Virus record (IMG/VR): IMGVR_UViG_3300021959_008125
Coordinates: 1 to 64,000 of that record
Length of the DNA: 64,000 nt
Direction: 5' to 3' (one strand)
Source: a virus
Positions 30,749-40,395 of the stretch are shown here, piece by piece. Made by a program: the position numbers and the translations under genes. Below the pieces are notes generated by a model. The model was not told the DNA's origin, ran no database searches, and saw nothing but the letters and a program-made list of their open reading frames with translations. Position 1 is the stretch's first letter. The number at the start of each line of letters is the position of its first letter.

Positions 30749-31683
30749 TGAAACCATTAACATATATAAATCTAGAAACTACTAATTACTGTAATTTAGA
30801 TTGTTCTTTTTGTGATAGATCTAATGTTATTCACAGACTAGAACATATGTCTGTTGAAAGATTTATTCACATAATGGAAAAACTTAAACATCATCCTTTA
30901 GATAGAGCAAAACTTATGGGTCTCGGCGAACCATACCTTAATCCTAAATTTGATGTATTATGTAGAATATTTAAAGAATATTTTCCTAAAACTACTCTCA
31001 TTGTTGCCACTAATTGCCAGTACCCTATTAAAGAAGGGAGTAAGATGAGAGCTAGATTGCAAGAAACAATGAAATATATAGATCTTTTATACTTAAGTAT
31101 CGACGGTTATGAAGAAAGTTATGAAAGAGATAGATCACCAGCTAAATGGTCAAGGTTATTAGAATTTTTAGATAATTTTAAAAATATAGATAAACATAAA
31201 TGTAAGGTCACTTGTAATTATGTAGTTAACCCTCATAATATTAACGACATACAGACTTTGTACGATAATATAATAGTACCTAACAATATAGAAGAATTAA
31301 GATTAAATATAGCTCAAGAGTGGGCAGAAGATAAAACTATGGTCGGGGGATACACGAAAGAACAGCTATCTTATCTTAAAGAAAATTGGTCGGAAAATAT
31401 TAAAGGGATCCCCTACTGGGATTACGATCAATGTGTTTGGGTAAGAGAGTCTTCTTATATTACTGTAGACGGCGGGGTAGAAATGTGCTGTATGAATTCC
31501 TCTGTGAAAAAATTTGGCAATATACTCGATGATGATATTGATAATATAAGACAGTCGGAAAGATTCCAAGCAGTTAAAAAAGGATGTGATACTAACAACC
31601 CTACTTCACACTGTGTTAACTGTAGTTATAAAGAACTAAATAAAACTCTTAATTATTTAATAGGAGATGAAAAAACACCTTAA
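30748..31683 (+). CDS. Radical SAM/SPASM domain protein
   Basis: CNLDCSFC; GLGEP; C-terminal C.W...G.V.MCC...GN...C..C. Confidence 0.88.
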   Translation: MKPLTYINLETTNYCNLDCSFCDRSNVIHRLEHMSVERFIHIMEKLKHHPLDRAKLMGLGEPYLNPKFDVLCRIFKEYFPKTTLIVATNCQYPIKEGSKMRARLQETMKYIDLLYLSIDGYEESYERDRSPAKWSRLLEFLDNFKNIDKHKCKVTCNYVVNPHNINDIQTLYDNIIVPNNIEELRLNIAQEWAEDKTMVGGYTKEQLSYLKENWSENIKGIPYWDYDQCVWVRESSYITVDGGVEMCCMNSSVKKFGNILDDDIDNIRQSERFQAVKKGCDTNNPTSHCVNCSYKELNKTLNYLIGDEKTP

Positions 31684-32668
31684 TAGTATTTATAGAAAGA
31701 CTAACCAAGAAGATAAATCTAAATATGAGTACGTCCTTACTCAAAATGAGAGAAATCATTCTATAGATTCGGATTTGTTAAATAAGTTTTTTAACTCCCT
31801 TAATCAAAAAGACATATGTTTTTATCCAAACACAGAAAACCTCAAAAGTAAAATAAGCAAATATTTTAATATTGGGCAAAGTAATTTACTTCTTACACCC
31901 GGTTCTTCTTTCTCTATAAAGACTATTTTTGAAACATTTGACGTAAAAGATAAAAACGTAATTACATCAGACTACTTTTTTCCTATGTATCAAGTTTACA
32001 GTGATTTATATCAGTGTACTCTTAAAAAAGCTAAATATTGTGGAATGAAGCTTCGTACAACAGATTTGATTAATTTGATTGATAGAAATACTAAGTTTAT
32101 TATTTTAGCTAATCCAAATTCTCCATTAGGAGATACCTACAATCTTACCGATATTTTAGAACTTTTAAATACCGGTATTTATGTTGTAATAGATGAAGCC
32201 TATATTGAATTTACAGATCAACCGTCTGTTGTTTCTTTAGTAGATAAACACAAAAACCTAATAGTCACAAAAACTTTTTCTAAGGCTTACGGAGCAGCAG
32301 GCTGTAGAACTGGTTTTTTAGTAAGCTGTGAAGAAAATATAGAAATACTTTCCAAATTCAGGTTGATGTATGAAATAAATTCCATAGGCGTAAAGTATAC
32401 TGAATTTATTTTAGATAATATAGATTATTTTAATTCGTATATAGAAGAAACTAAAGACAATAAAAAATTTTTAGTAAATAAACTTAAAAGTAAAGATTTT
32501 GAAATTATAGATACTGATGCAAGCTGGTTCTTTTTAAAACGGTATGGCAATATAGATAATCTTAAGTACTTTAACGACTTAGGTATCAGCCTAAGAACAC
32601 TTATATTACCTAACGGTCACGAATATATAAAATTTAACTATGATTTAAAGTTAAAAAATCTGTTTTGA
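31667..32668 (+). CDS. PLP-dependent class I/II aminotransferase (HisC/CobD-like)
   Basis: NPNSPLG; IDEAY; KTFSKAYGAAGCRTG. Confidence 0.85.
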   Translation: MKKHLNSIYRKTNQEDKSKYEYVLTQNERNHSIDSDLLNKFFNSLNQKDICFYPNTENLKSKISKYFNIGQSNLLLTPGSSFSIKTIFETFDVKDKNVITSDYFFPMYQVYSDLYQCTLKKAKYCGMKLRTTDLINLIDRNTKFIILANPNSPLGDTYNLTDILELLNTGIYVVIDEAYIEFTDQPSVVSLVDKHKNLIVTKTFSKAYGAAGCRTGFLVSCEENIEILSKFRLMYEINSIGVKYTEFILDNIDYFNSYIEETKDNKKFLVNKLKSKDFEIIDTDASWFFLKRYGNIDNLKYFNDLGISLRTLILPNGHEYIKFNYDLKLKNLF

Positions 32669-34029
32669 AAGTTATATTAAATCAAGGTAGTAAAAAAATA
32701 CTTAGAGAGGTATTTGAAGAAAATAACATATATCATTTTTCAGATTACCCTTATCAAGCTTTATGTGCTGACGCTAGTGTAAGGGACTTTGAAAAAGAAA
32801 TGGTTAATTTAAAATGGCTATTTGACCAAGATGGCTTTTATAATAGATTACCTCACTTTAGAACTTTTCAAAATAGATTAATAGAATTTAAATCGACTGC
32901 AGATTACTTACACAGCTTGAGACAGAGGTTGAATATTACTCATGAACTCATAGAATGTAATTTTAAATCTAATTTACCGGTACATATAAGTATAGTTCCT
33001 AGAGAAGATAAAGAAGAGTATACTTTAGATTTAACTAATATAGAATCTTTAAAGCAATTTACTTTTATTATACACCCTGGTCAGACAAGAGCCCAAGGAG
33101 CAGTATTTTTTAGAAAATCTTTAAAAAACGTAATGTTATATTCTCTTAAAAAATATAACATAAAAGTAAGTACTAATCTAGCATGTGAACAAATTACACA
33201 AATAGGTAGACTATTAGATTTTTATATACCCTATTCAAAAGACGGTTCTGATATATCTAATGAATCGTTCGTATATGAATTTTATATACCGCATATAAGA
33301 ATAAAAGAACACGTTCACGGTAAAAAAGCTAGTGTTAAAATTTTAAAAGCTGATTCTATACGCTCAGAAAATAATAGTGTCCATCCAAGCAGTTGGTATA
33401 TTACTAAAAGTTTTACAAGTTCTAATAAATTTTTTAATATACTGTTTAATAATAAATTCAAAATATATACTACTAATTTACAATTAGCTAAGGCTAATCA
33501 ATGTAAGGTTTTTAATAAAAATATATCCAAATTTTTAGGTACTGCTGATCCTAATTTAATTAGCAGGTTTATATACTACTTTAGAATTAATAGTATAGAA
33601 AGTTACAATCAACCTAGCACATGGATGAAAAATGCAAGAGTAGAAAATAGATACGACCTATTTAACTTAGAGTTAAATGAATTAGAGAAAGTATTTATGA
33701 AGAATGAAAGAGAGATAGAGAACGAGTTAGTGGAACAACAACAGCAAATATTTCCTTCAAAGGAATATATAGAATGCAAACAGAATTTTGAATTAACATC
33801 GATACCTAAATTAAATAAATTTAGAGGCTTCAGTATATTTAATAGACTCGATAAATATGTACCGACTATAGACTATTACGAGTTATTATTCTGTATCCCT
33901 GCTAATGTCACTATGAGTAAAAATAAAACTGAAAGCTTAGTAATAATTAATAATGAACATCCTTACTGGCAAACAGGTAATAACTACTCAGAGTTTATAA
34001 TAAACGATGATTTCTTAACAAGAATATGA
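32665..34029 (+). CDS. Hypothetical protein
   Basis: 454-aa ORF, TTG start overlapping upstream stop; HPGQTR motif. Confidence 0.5.
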   Translation: MKVILNQGSKKILREVFEENNIYHFSDYPYQALCADASVRDFEKEMVNLKWLFDQDGFYNRLPHFRTFQNRLIEFKSTADYLHSLRQRLNITHELIECNFKSNLPVHISIVPREDKEEYTLDLTNIESLKQFTFIIHPGQTRAQGAVFFRKSLKNVMLYSLKKYNIKVSTNLACEQITQIGRLLDFYIPYSKDGSDISNESFVYEFYIPHIRIKEHVHGKKASVKILKADSIRSENNSVHPSSWYITKSFTSSNKFFNILFNNKFKIYTTNLQLAKANQCKVFNKNISKFLGTADPNLISRFIYYFRINSIESYNQPSTWMKNARVENRYDLFNLELNELEKVFMKNEREIENELVEQQQQIFPSKEYIECKQNFELTSIPKLNKFRGFSIFNRLDKYVPTIDYYELLFCIPANVTMSKNKTESLVIINNEHPYWQTGNNYSEFIINDDFLTRI

Positions 34030-34832
34030 AGACTATAGGATTTTACACACCTTACAAACATCTACCAAATTTTAAAGAGTTTGTTGAATCTAAATTTATT
34101 TGTAGAGAACTAACAGGACCGATTCCGGAAGATGTAGATTATCTTTTTTGTGCACCAAACTATGCTAGATTTACAATCACAGATAAACATATAGAAGGAA
34201 CAGGAGTCAAAGCTATACTAACCCCGTCAACAGGCCGTAATCACATCGATGTTACATCTATACCTGTTTACGATATATTTCGAAGTAAAATATTAAAAGA
34301 GATTTACTCAACAGCTGAACATAACCTTTACCTTTGCTTACAAGTAGTTAGACAAGTTCCTCCTATTATAGAACTTAGAGATTTAACTTTAGGTATTATG
34401 GGATATGGACGTTTAGGTAAGATGCTAAAAAGAATAGCTAAACCTTTATTTAAAGAAGTCCTAGTGATGGATATAAATAAAACAGATGAAAGCTTCTATG
34501 ACAAAGTAGATATGTTAAGCATTAATATCAACCTTACCCCAGAAAATGAAAATATAATAAATGCTAATTTTATAGGTAAATTTAAAAAAAGTATCTATAT
34601 TGTAAATACAGCAAGAGGTGAAGTAGTTGATGAATCAGAATTAGTCAGACAAATTAATTTTGGAAAAGTAAAAGGATATGCAACCGATGTAGTTAAAGAA
34701 GAACATACAGCTAGTAGATCCTTTCTTACTATTATAGATCACCCTAAAATTTTCATTACACCTCATGTTGGCGGAACAGCATTATCAGCACAAGAAAAAG
34801 CCTATAGAGAAATTTTAAATAGCATATTATGA
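34026..34832 (+). CDS. D-isomer-specific 2-hydroxyacid dehydrogenase (SerA-like)
   Basis: STAEH; GIMGYGRLG; VNTARG; ITPHVGG. Confidence 0.85.
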   Translation: MKTIGFYTPYKHLPNFKEFVESKFICRELTGPIPEDVDYLFCAPNYARFTITDKHIEGTGVKAILTPSTGRNHIDVTSIPVYDIFRSKILKEIYSTAEHNLYLCLQVVRQVPPIIELRDLTLGIMGYGRLGKMLKRIAKPLFKEVLVMDINKTDESFYDKVDMLSININLTPENENIINANFIGKFKKSIYIVNTARGEVVDESELVRQINFGKVKGYATDVVKEEHTASRSFLTIIDHPKIFITPHVGGTALSAQEKAYREILNSIL

Positions 34833-35341
34833 AAGCACATTGGTCTCAATTTACTAAATATACTGATGTATTTAAATACATTCAAAAGTATAAACCTAAG
34901 TTAATTGTGGAGTATGGAGGCGGGCAGAGTACATTTTATATTAATCAATTACTAGATGAATTAGATTATGGCGGTAGAGTAGTAGCTTTTGAGTCAGAAA
35001 AGGAATGGATGAATGATCATATCGAAAAAGGATTTAATCGACACGGTAGTATACACTTAGTCCCTATTACCATGCAATGTAACATTAAAGGGCATTTAAG
35101 GTACGAACACTCTTTAGAAGGATTAGAAAAAGTAGATTTTATAATTTTGGACGGACCTGATTACAAAACTTACCCTGTTGTAGGAGGTACCCCAAGTAAT
35201 TTAACAACGAATATAGATGATTTAGTAGAGATTAAGGGAGAACCTATACCGTATTTTATAGACGGAAGAAGCGGGTGCGTAAACTACTACAGAGCCAAAT
35301 ACCCTACAGAATATCACATAAAACAGTTAACTAGAGAATGA
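34829..35341 (+). CDS. Class I SAM-dependent methyltransferase
   Basis: IVEYGGGQST; FES; DFIILDGP. Confidence 0.75.
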   Translation: MKAHWSQFTKYTDVFKYIQKYKPKLIVEYGGGQSTFYINQLLDELDYGGRVVAFESEKEWMNDHIEKGFNRHGSIHLVPITMQCNIKGHLRYEHSLEGLEKVDFIILDGPDYKTYPVVGGTPSNLTTNIDDLVEIKGEPIPYFIDGRSGCVNYYRAKYPTEYHIKQLTRE

Positions 35342-36171
35342 GAATTATCGCTGAACTTTGCCAAAACCATAATGGCAATCTAGATATATTAGAGCAGATG
35401 GTAAAGGCAGCATCTGAAAGCTGTGATATTGTAAAAATTCAAACCATACTTGCCGATAGTTTATCCAAAAGAGAACAGTATGAAAGCTTTAGACCTTATG
35501 AAGGTGAATATAAAAGACTAAAAGGATTAGAACTATCAGAAGAAGACGAAAAATTCTTTATAGATAAATGTAGAGAGTACGGTGTTGAACCTATGACTAC
35601 TCTATTTTCAAAAAATCAGATAGAAAGATTTAATCGCTTGGGATATAAAAAGCTCAAGATATCTGGGTATTCTATGAGAGCGTTTGATTACGGGAAAGCA
35701 TTAAAAGATATTGAGTTTGATGAACTATTCTTTTCTAATTCAAGTATGAGTCATCCTGAAATGAAGCGAACAGTCATTAATCTTAAGCAGATGGGTATTA
35801 AATTTACTATGCTACAGTGTACTTGCATATACCCTACACCGTTAGAAAAAGCTATGCTTCAAAATATTCCTTTCTTAAAACAAGAACTAGCATTAGATAG
35901 TATAGGTTATAGTGATCATTCTAATCCTTATGAAGATGGGTTATTGATACCTAAGTTAGCTATATTTTCTGGAGCTGATATATTAGAGAGACATTTTACT
36001 ATATTAGATGAAAAAGATACTAGAGACGGTAAAGTATCTATAACTCCTGAGATGGCTAAAGAACTTAAAGAATTTAGCCTTAGAGTACCTTTCCAGCAAT
36101 ACTGGAGATTAAATGAATTTAACGAAGAACAAAAATTTAACCATGAATACTACAGAGGAAGGTTCGTATAA
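35338..36171 (+). CDS. neuB: N-acetylneuraminate/nonulosonate synthase (NeuB family), no C-terminal SAF domain
   Basis: IIAELCQNHNG; KIQ; C...YP; GYSDHS; LERHFT. Confidence 0.88.
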   Translation: MRIIAELCQNHNGNLDILEQMVKAASESCDIVKIQTILADSLSKREQYESFRPYEGEYKRLKGLELSEEDEKFFIDKCREYGVEPMTTLFSKNQIERFNRLGYKKLKISGYSMRAFDYGKALKDIEFDELFFSNSSMSHPEMKRTVINLKQMGIKFTMLQCTCIYPTPLEKAMLQNIPFLKQELALDSIGYSDHSNPYEDGLLIPKLAIFSGADILERHFTILDEKDTRDGKVSITPEMAKELKEFSLRVPFQQYWRLNEFNEEQKFNHEYYRGRFV

Positions 36172-36397
36172 GATACCTGCAGAAGACCTAGAAAGAATTA
36201 ATAAATTTTTAAAAAATAAAGAGTTATTAAAGAATGAACTAGGTATTATAAAACTATCCCAATTAGAATTGGAAGAAAGAGAAAATAACGCTAAGCTGTT
36301 TAGAAAAGAGCTTTTAAAAGAAGAAAGTGAAATATCTAAAAAATACGGTAATGGGGTGTTGAATACTGATGAAGGAACCTTTGCTCCTAATAGTTAA
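36143..36397 (+). CDS. Small coiled-coil phage protein
   Basis: ELG...LE...KKYGNGVLN.DEGTF; start uncertain (36113 or 36143). Confidence 0.5.
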   Translation: MNTTEEGSYKIPAEDLERINKFLKNKELLKNELGIIKLSQLELEERENNAKLFRKELLKEESEISKKYGNGVLNTDEGTFAPNS

Positions 36398-36416
36398 GTT
36401 TGCCTCTTTTTATACA

Positions 36417-36481
36417 TATTTATATATACGAATTCTACACTTAAGTGGCAAATAGTTTTCGGTACTTTATTCATATTTATA
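36417..36481 (+). promoter_or_regulatory. Two TATTTATA motifs (putative late promoter) upstream of tail sheath
   Basis: TATTTATA at 36417-36424 and 36474-36481; the motif recurs in other intergenic gaps before structural genes. Confidence 0.55.
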
Positions 36482-36510
36482 ATAGATAAAACACTTTAAC
36501 ATAAATTAAC

Positions 36511-38289
36511 ATGGCAGAAACTTTACTCTCTCCCGGTGTATTAGCAAGAGAAAATGATATCTCAGCTATTGCTCCTCTACCAGTTGAAGCCGGCGCTGCA
36601 ATTATTGGACCAGCCGTTAAAGGTCCAGTAGAAGAACCTACCTTAGTAACATCTTATGGTCAGTATCAAAGAATCTTTGGTACTACTTTCGAATCTGGAT
36701 CTACTAAACAGGAGTTTATTACTTCTATTGCTGCAAAATCTTACTTTAATCAAGGAGGAAATTCTCTATTAGTAACCAGAGTAGTTAGCGGTTCATTCTC
36801 ACAAGCTCAAAACACAGCAATTTCAGCAGCAACAGGATCGATCACTACTGCACCATTTAGTTTAAAAACTATTGGTAAAGGTGTGATTTACAACAATACT
36901 TCTGGTTCTGTTTACAATTCAGGATCACTATTAGATGAAAACTCAGATGGTTCGTTAAAATCAGGTTCAGCAGATAACCTTAGATGGGAGATCTCTAACA
37001 TTAATAATGCAAAAGGAACTTTCAGTCTTTTAGTACGAAGAGGAGATGATAGCACTAAGCAAAAAATTATATTAGAAACGTTTAACGATTTATCTTTAGA
37101 TCCTAACTCAGGAAATTATATTGAGAGAGTAATTGGTAATCAATATAAAACTAAGTCAACAGATGGAGATGTAACATATATCGATACTGTAGGCGAGTAT
37201 CCAAACAGATCTAACTACGTTTACGTAAGTGGAGTAAATAAACTACTAAACTATGTAGGAACTGATGGAATAACTATAGGTTCTAACGCTGACGGTCCTT
37301 ACTCTAGCTCACTACCTTCAGTACAGTCTGGTTCATTCTATGGTGCTACTGGAAAACTTGTAAATAACATATCAGGAAGTGGTGCAGTGGATAACTACTT
37401 TAAAGATATCGATAATATCGGTAGTCAAGGAGTACCAGCAACAGTTTATGCTGATTCTATCTCAATCTTAGAGAATAAAGATGAATATGTATTTAACATT
37501 ATTTCAGCACCTGGATTATTATACGACTTTGGAAGTCATAAAATTCAATTAGATTCAATTATTTCCTTAGCAGAAACAAGAGGAGATTGTATCGCAGTAA
37601 TTGATTTAGAGCAGCATGGAGCTACAGTATCTAATACAACTGCAGCAGCAGCAACAGTAAATAGTTCTTATGCAGCTTCTTACTGGCCATGGTTACAAAC
37701 TCAATCAGCTACAGGAAGAAACGTATGGGTTCCAGCTTCAACAGTAATTCCAGGAGTATACGCATTCTCAGACGGAGTATCAGCTCCATGGTTTGCTCCA
37801 GCAGGTCTTACTAGAGGAGGTATTCCTAACGTAATTCAAGCAGAAAGAAAATTAACAAGAGGTCAAAGAGATACTCTATATGCAGCTAATGTTAACCCAA
37901 TCGCTACATTCCCAGGAAGTGGAATTTCAGTATTCGGTCAGAAAACATTACAGAAACAAGGTACTGCCTTAGATAGAGTAAATGTAAGAAGATTGTTAAT
38001 CGACCTTAAGAAATTTATTGGAGATGTTTCTCAAACATTAGTATTCGAACAAAATACTACTTTAACACGAAACAGCTTCTTAGCAAGAGTTAATCCTTAC
38101 TTAGATTCAGTAGTACAAAGACAAGGTCTTTATGCTTACAGAGTAGTAATGGACGATACTAATAACACAGCAGACGTGATCGATAGAAACTATTTAGTAG
38201 GTCAGATTTATATCCAACCAGCTAAAACAGTTGAATTCATTGTACTAGATTTTACAATCGAACCAACAGGAGCTACTTTTACGGCATAA
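36511..38289 (+). CDS. Contractile tail sheath protein
   Basis: SPGV..RE.D; GP..KGP; YWPW; PWFAPAG..RG; NPI; FGQKT; RVNVRRL; I.IQP....EFI. Confidence 0.95.
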   Translation: MAETLLSPGVLARENDISAIAPLPVEAGAAIIGPAVKGPVEEPTLVTSYGQYQRIFGTTFESGSTKQEFITSIAAKSYFNQGGNSLLVTRVVSGSFSQAQNTAISAATGSITTAPFSLKTIGKGVIYNNTSGSVYNSGSLLDENSDGSLKSGSADNLRWEISNINNAKGTFSLLVRRGDDSTKQKIILETFNDLSLDPNSGNYIERVIGNQYKTKSTDGDVTYIDTVGEYPNRSNYVYVSGVNKLLNYVGTDGITIGSNADGPYSSSLPSVQSGSFYGATGKLVNNISGSGAVDNYFKDIDNIGSQGVPATVYADSISILENKDEYVFNIISAPGLLYDFGSHKIQLDSIISLAETRGDCIAVIDLEQHGATVSNTTAAAATVNSSYAASYWPWLQTQSATGRNVWVPASTVIPGVYAFSDGVSAPWFAPAGLTRGGIPNVIQAERKLTRGQRDTLYAANVNPIATFPGSGISVFGQKTLQKQGTALDRVNVRRLLIDLKKFIGDVSQTLVFEQNTTLTRNSFLARVNPYLDSVVQRQGLYAYRVVMDDTNNTADVIDRNYLVGQIYIQPAKTVEFIVLDFTIEPTGATFTA

Positions 38290-38302
38290 TTTAATAACAA
38301 GA

Positions 38303-38310
38303 TATTTATA
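38303..38310 (+). promoter_or_regulatory. TATTTATA putative late promoter
   Basis: Intergenic, 16 nt before tail tube ATG. Confidence 0.55.
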
Positions 38311-38326
38311 ATAAAGCAAATATAAA

Positions 38327-38812
38327 ATGGCAGTATTAGATCCTAACGAAATAATGTTTAGAGCTTTTGAGCCCAAAGTTCAGAACAGATTCATAATGAT
38401 TGTAGATGGTATTCCATCATTTATGATTAAAGGTGTTTCTGCTCCATCTTTTGAGGACGAAGAAGTAAAACTAGACCACATCAACACATATAGAAAAATT
38501 AGAGGTAAAAGAGAGTGGCAGAATATGGACATGACTTTATATGATCCAATCACACCTTCTGGAGCTCAAGCAGTAATGGATTGGGCTAGACTTTCTTACG
38601 AATCTGTAACCGGTAGAGCTGGATACTCTGACTTCTATAAAAAAGATATTACTTTAAATATCTTAGGGCCTGTAGGAGATATCGTATCTGAGTGGGTGAT
38701 TAAAGGAGCATTTATTACTTCTATGTCACAAGGTAGTTTTGATTGGGGTACTTCTGATGCAACTGAGTTAACTATTTCAGTAGCGATGGATTACTGCATC
38801 TTGAATTACTAA
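38327..38812 (+). CDS. Tail tube protein (T4 gp19-like)
   Basis: Follows sheath; NRF; G..EW..MTLYD; YKKDI.L..L...G...SEW...GAF. Confidence 0.9.
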   Translation: MAVLDPNEIMFRAFEPKVQNRFIMIVDGIPSFMIKGVSAPSFEDEEVKLDHINTYRKIRGKREWQNMDMTLYDPITPSGAQAVMDWARLSYESVTGRAGYSDFYKKDITLNILGPVGDIVSEWVIKGAFITSMSQGSFDWGTSDATELTISVAMDYCILNY

Positions 38813-38832
38813 GATAAATAATATAGTATACT

Positions 38833-38858
38833 AAAGCCCGGTTAATCCGGGTTTTTTT
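38833..38858 (+). terminator. Rho-independent terminator
   Basis: AAAGCCCGG-TTAAT-CCGGGTTTT followed by T run, after tail tube. Confidence 0.85.
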
Positions 38859-38862
38859 ATTT

Positions 38863-39609
38863 ATGAAAATAGCAGTTATAATAATAGGTCGTATAGAAGA
38901 GCAGTACCAACAACTAAACTTACAGTTACTGCAAGGATGTGATATCTTTATTCACTCAGATATCGAAAATCAACAATTAGCCCTTCAATATAATCCTAAA
39001 TTTTTAAAGCTTACAGATTCTACCTATTTAAATCAAACCGTAGAGCTTTTTATAGAACAATATTCTCATTTAATAGATAAAGTAAGAGAAGAAACTGACC
39101 AAGAAAAACCCTTCAGGCATAATTTTGAAAGAATAGTTCAATGGAAAAGATTAAATGAAGTATTGATTGAAAATAAATTTGAAGAATACGATTATATTCT
39201 TAAATGGAGAGTAGATCTTAATAAATTTAATATTGATACTGAACTTTCAGAAATAATTAAAAAGTATAAAACGGTTAAAAACTATATTTCAAGTATTGAG
39301 TTGAATAAAAGTTGTATATATACCTATAAAGATTTTTTATTTTTATTTGTTCCATCAAAGAGCTATGCTGTAGACGTATATAATAATATAGAAGACTATA
39401 TTGGTGTAAAAGAAGATAAATTTACGTACGATATTGATATTCTAGAGCAGTGCGACACTGAAGGAAAGTTTAAATGTGCAAATTTTACATGGTTAACTCC
39501 TAAAAATAAACTATTTTCTCATGTATTTACTAGTGAGACTGCTATGATTATACATTGTTTAGTAAATAAAGTACCTTTAAAAAACATTTTCAAAGGGTTG
39601 TATTCATAA
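38863..39609 (+). CDS. Putative glycosyltransferase-like protein (paralog 3) inserted in tail module
   Basis: KIAVIIIGRI; IFIHS; YDYILKWRVDL; KDFLF. Confidence 0.5.
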   Translation: MKIAVIIIGRIEEQYQQLNLQLLQGCDIFIHSDIENQQLALQYNPKFLKLTDSTYLNQTVELFIEQYSHLIDKVREETDQEKPFRHNFERIVQWKRLNEVLIENKFEEYDYILKWRVDLNKFNIDTELSEIIKKYKTVKNYISSIELNKSCIYTYKDFLFLFVPSKSYAVDVYNNIEDYIGVKEDKFTYDIDILEQCDTEGKFKCANFTWLTPKNKLFSHVFTSETAMIIHCLVNKVPLKNIFKGLYS

Positions 39610-39630
39610 TTTTTTATTCATATATTTATA
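39598..39630 (+). promoter_or_regulatory. Overlapping host-type (TTG-N20-TATATTTA) and TATTTATA promoter motifs
   Basis: TTG 39598-39600, TATATT 39621-39626, TATTTATA 39623-39630. Confidence 0.55.
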
Positions 39631-39657
39631 TGAAAGACTAGTTTTATAATAAAATTT

Positions 39658-40395
39658 ATGGCAACAGAAAACAAATTTCCAACAGAGATTGTAGAATTAC
39701 CTTCAAAAGGACTTCTTTATCCTAAAGAATCTCCTTTATCTTCTGGTACAGTTGAGATGAAGTATATGACTGCAAAGGAAGAAGATATTCTTACTAATCA
39801 AAATTACATTCAAAACGGTACTGTTATTGATAAACTTTTACAGGAACTTATTGTAGATAAAAAAGTTAATTATGGAGACTTATTAACTGGAGATAAAAAT
39901 GCATTATTGGTAGCTGCTAGAATCCTTGGGTACGGTAAAGATTATCAATTTAATTATGCCGGGGATACCGTTACAGTTGATCTTGCTGAGCTTGATAATA
40001 AGACGTTAAATGAAGAACTTTTTAAAGAAGGTAAAAACCAATTTAGCTTTAAATGTCCTACAACAGGAACTCTTCTTACATTCAAACTTTTATGTCACTC
40101 TGACGATGTTAAAATAGATAACGAAGTAAAAGGACTTAAAAAGATTAATAAAAATGCTTCTCCTGAATTATCCACAAGACTTAAACATATGATCACCTCA
40201 GTTGACGGTAATGAAGAGTCTAAAGAAATAAGAGATTTCGTAGATAATAGATTTTTAGCTAGAGATTCTAGAGAACTTAGAAAGTATATAGCAGAAATTC
40301 AACCAGATGTAGATCTTAAATTTTACCCGGACAATGGGCCGGAGGAAGGAGTGGAGGTCCCTATCGGGATCAACTTTTTTTGGCCTGACGCCTGA
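39658..40395 (+). CDS. Tail/baseplate-hub assembly chaperone (T4 gp26-like)
   Basis: VELPSKG..Y; MTAKEED.L; GD..ALL..AR...YG; ends FFWPDA; upstream of tape measure. Confidence 0.8.
   Translation: MATENKFPTEIVELPSKGLLYPKESPLSSGTVEMKYMTAKEEDILTNQNYIQNGTVIDKLLQELIVDKKVNYGDLLTGDKNALLVAARILGYGKDYQFNYAGDTVTVDLAELDNKTLNEELFKEGKNQFSFKCPTTGTLLTFKLLCHSDDVKIDNEVKGLKKINKNASPELSTRLKHMITSVDGNEESKEIRDFVDNRFLARDSRELRKYIAEIQPDVDLKFYPDNGPEEGVEVPIGINFFWPDA

Noticed and set aside
12651-36171. Bacterial capsule/O-antigen locus or prophage-host junction
   Set aside because: No export, polymerase or chain-length genes, no integrase or att site, and the cluster is flanked seamlessly by phage virion genes
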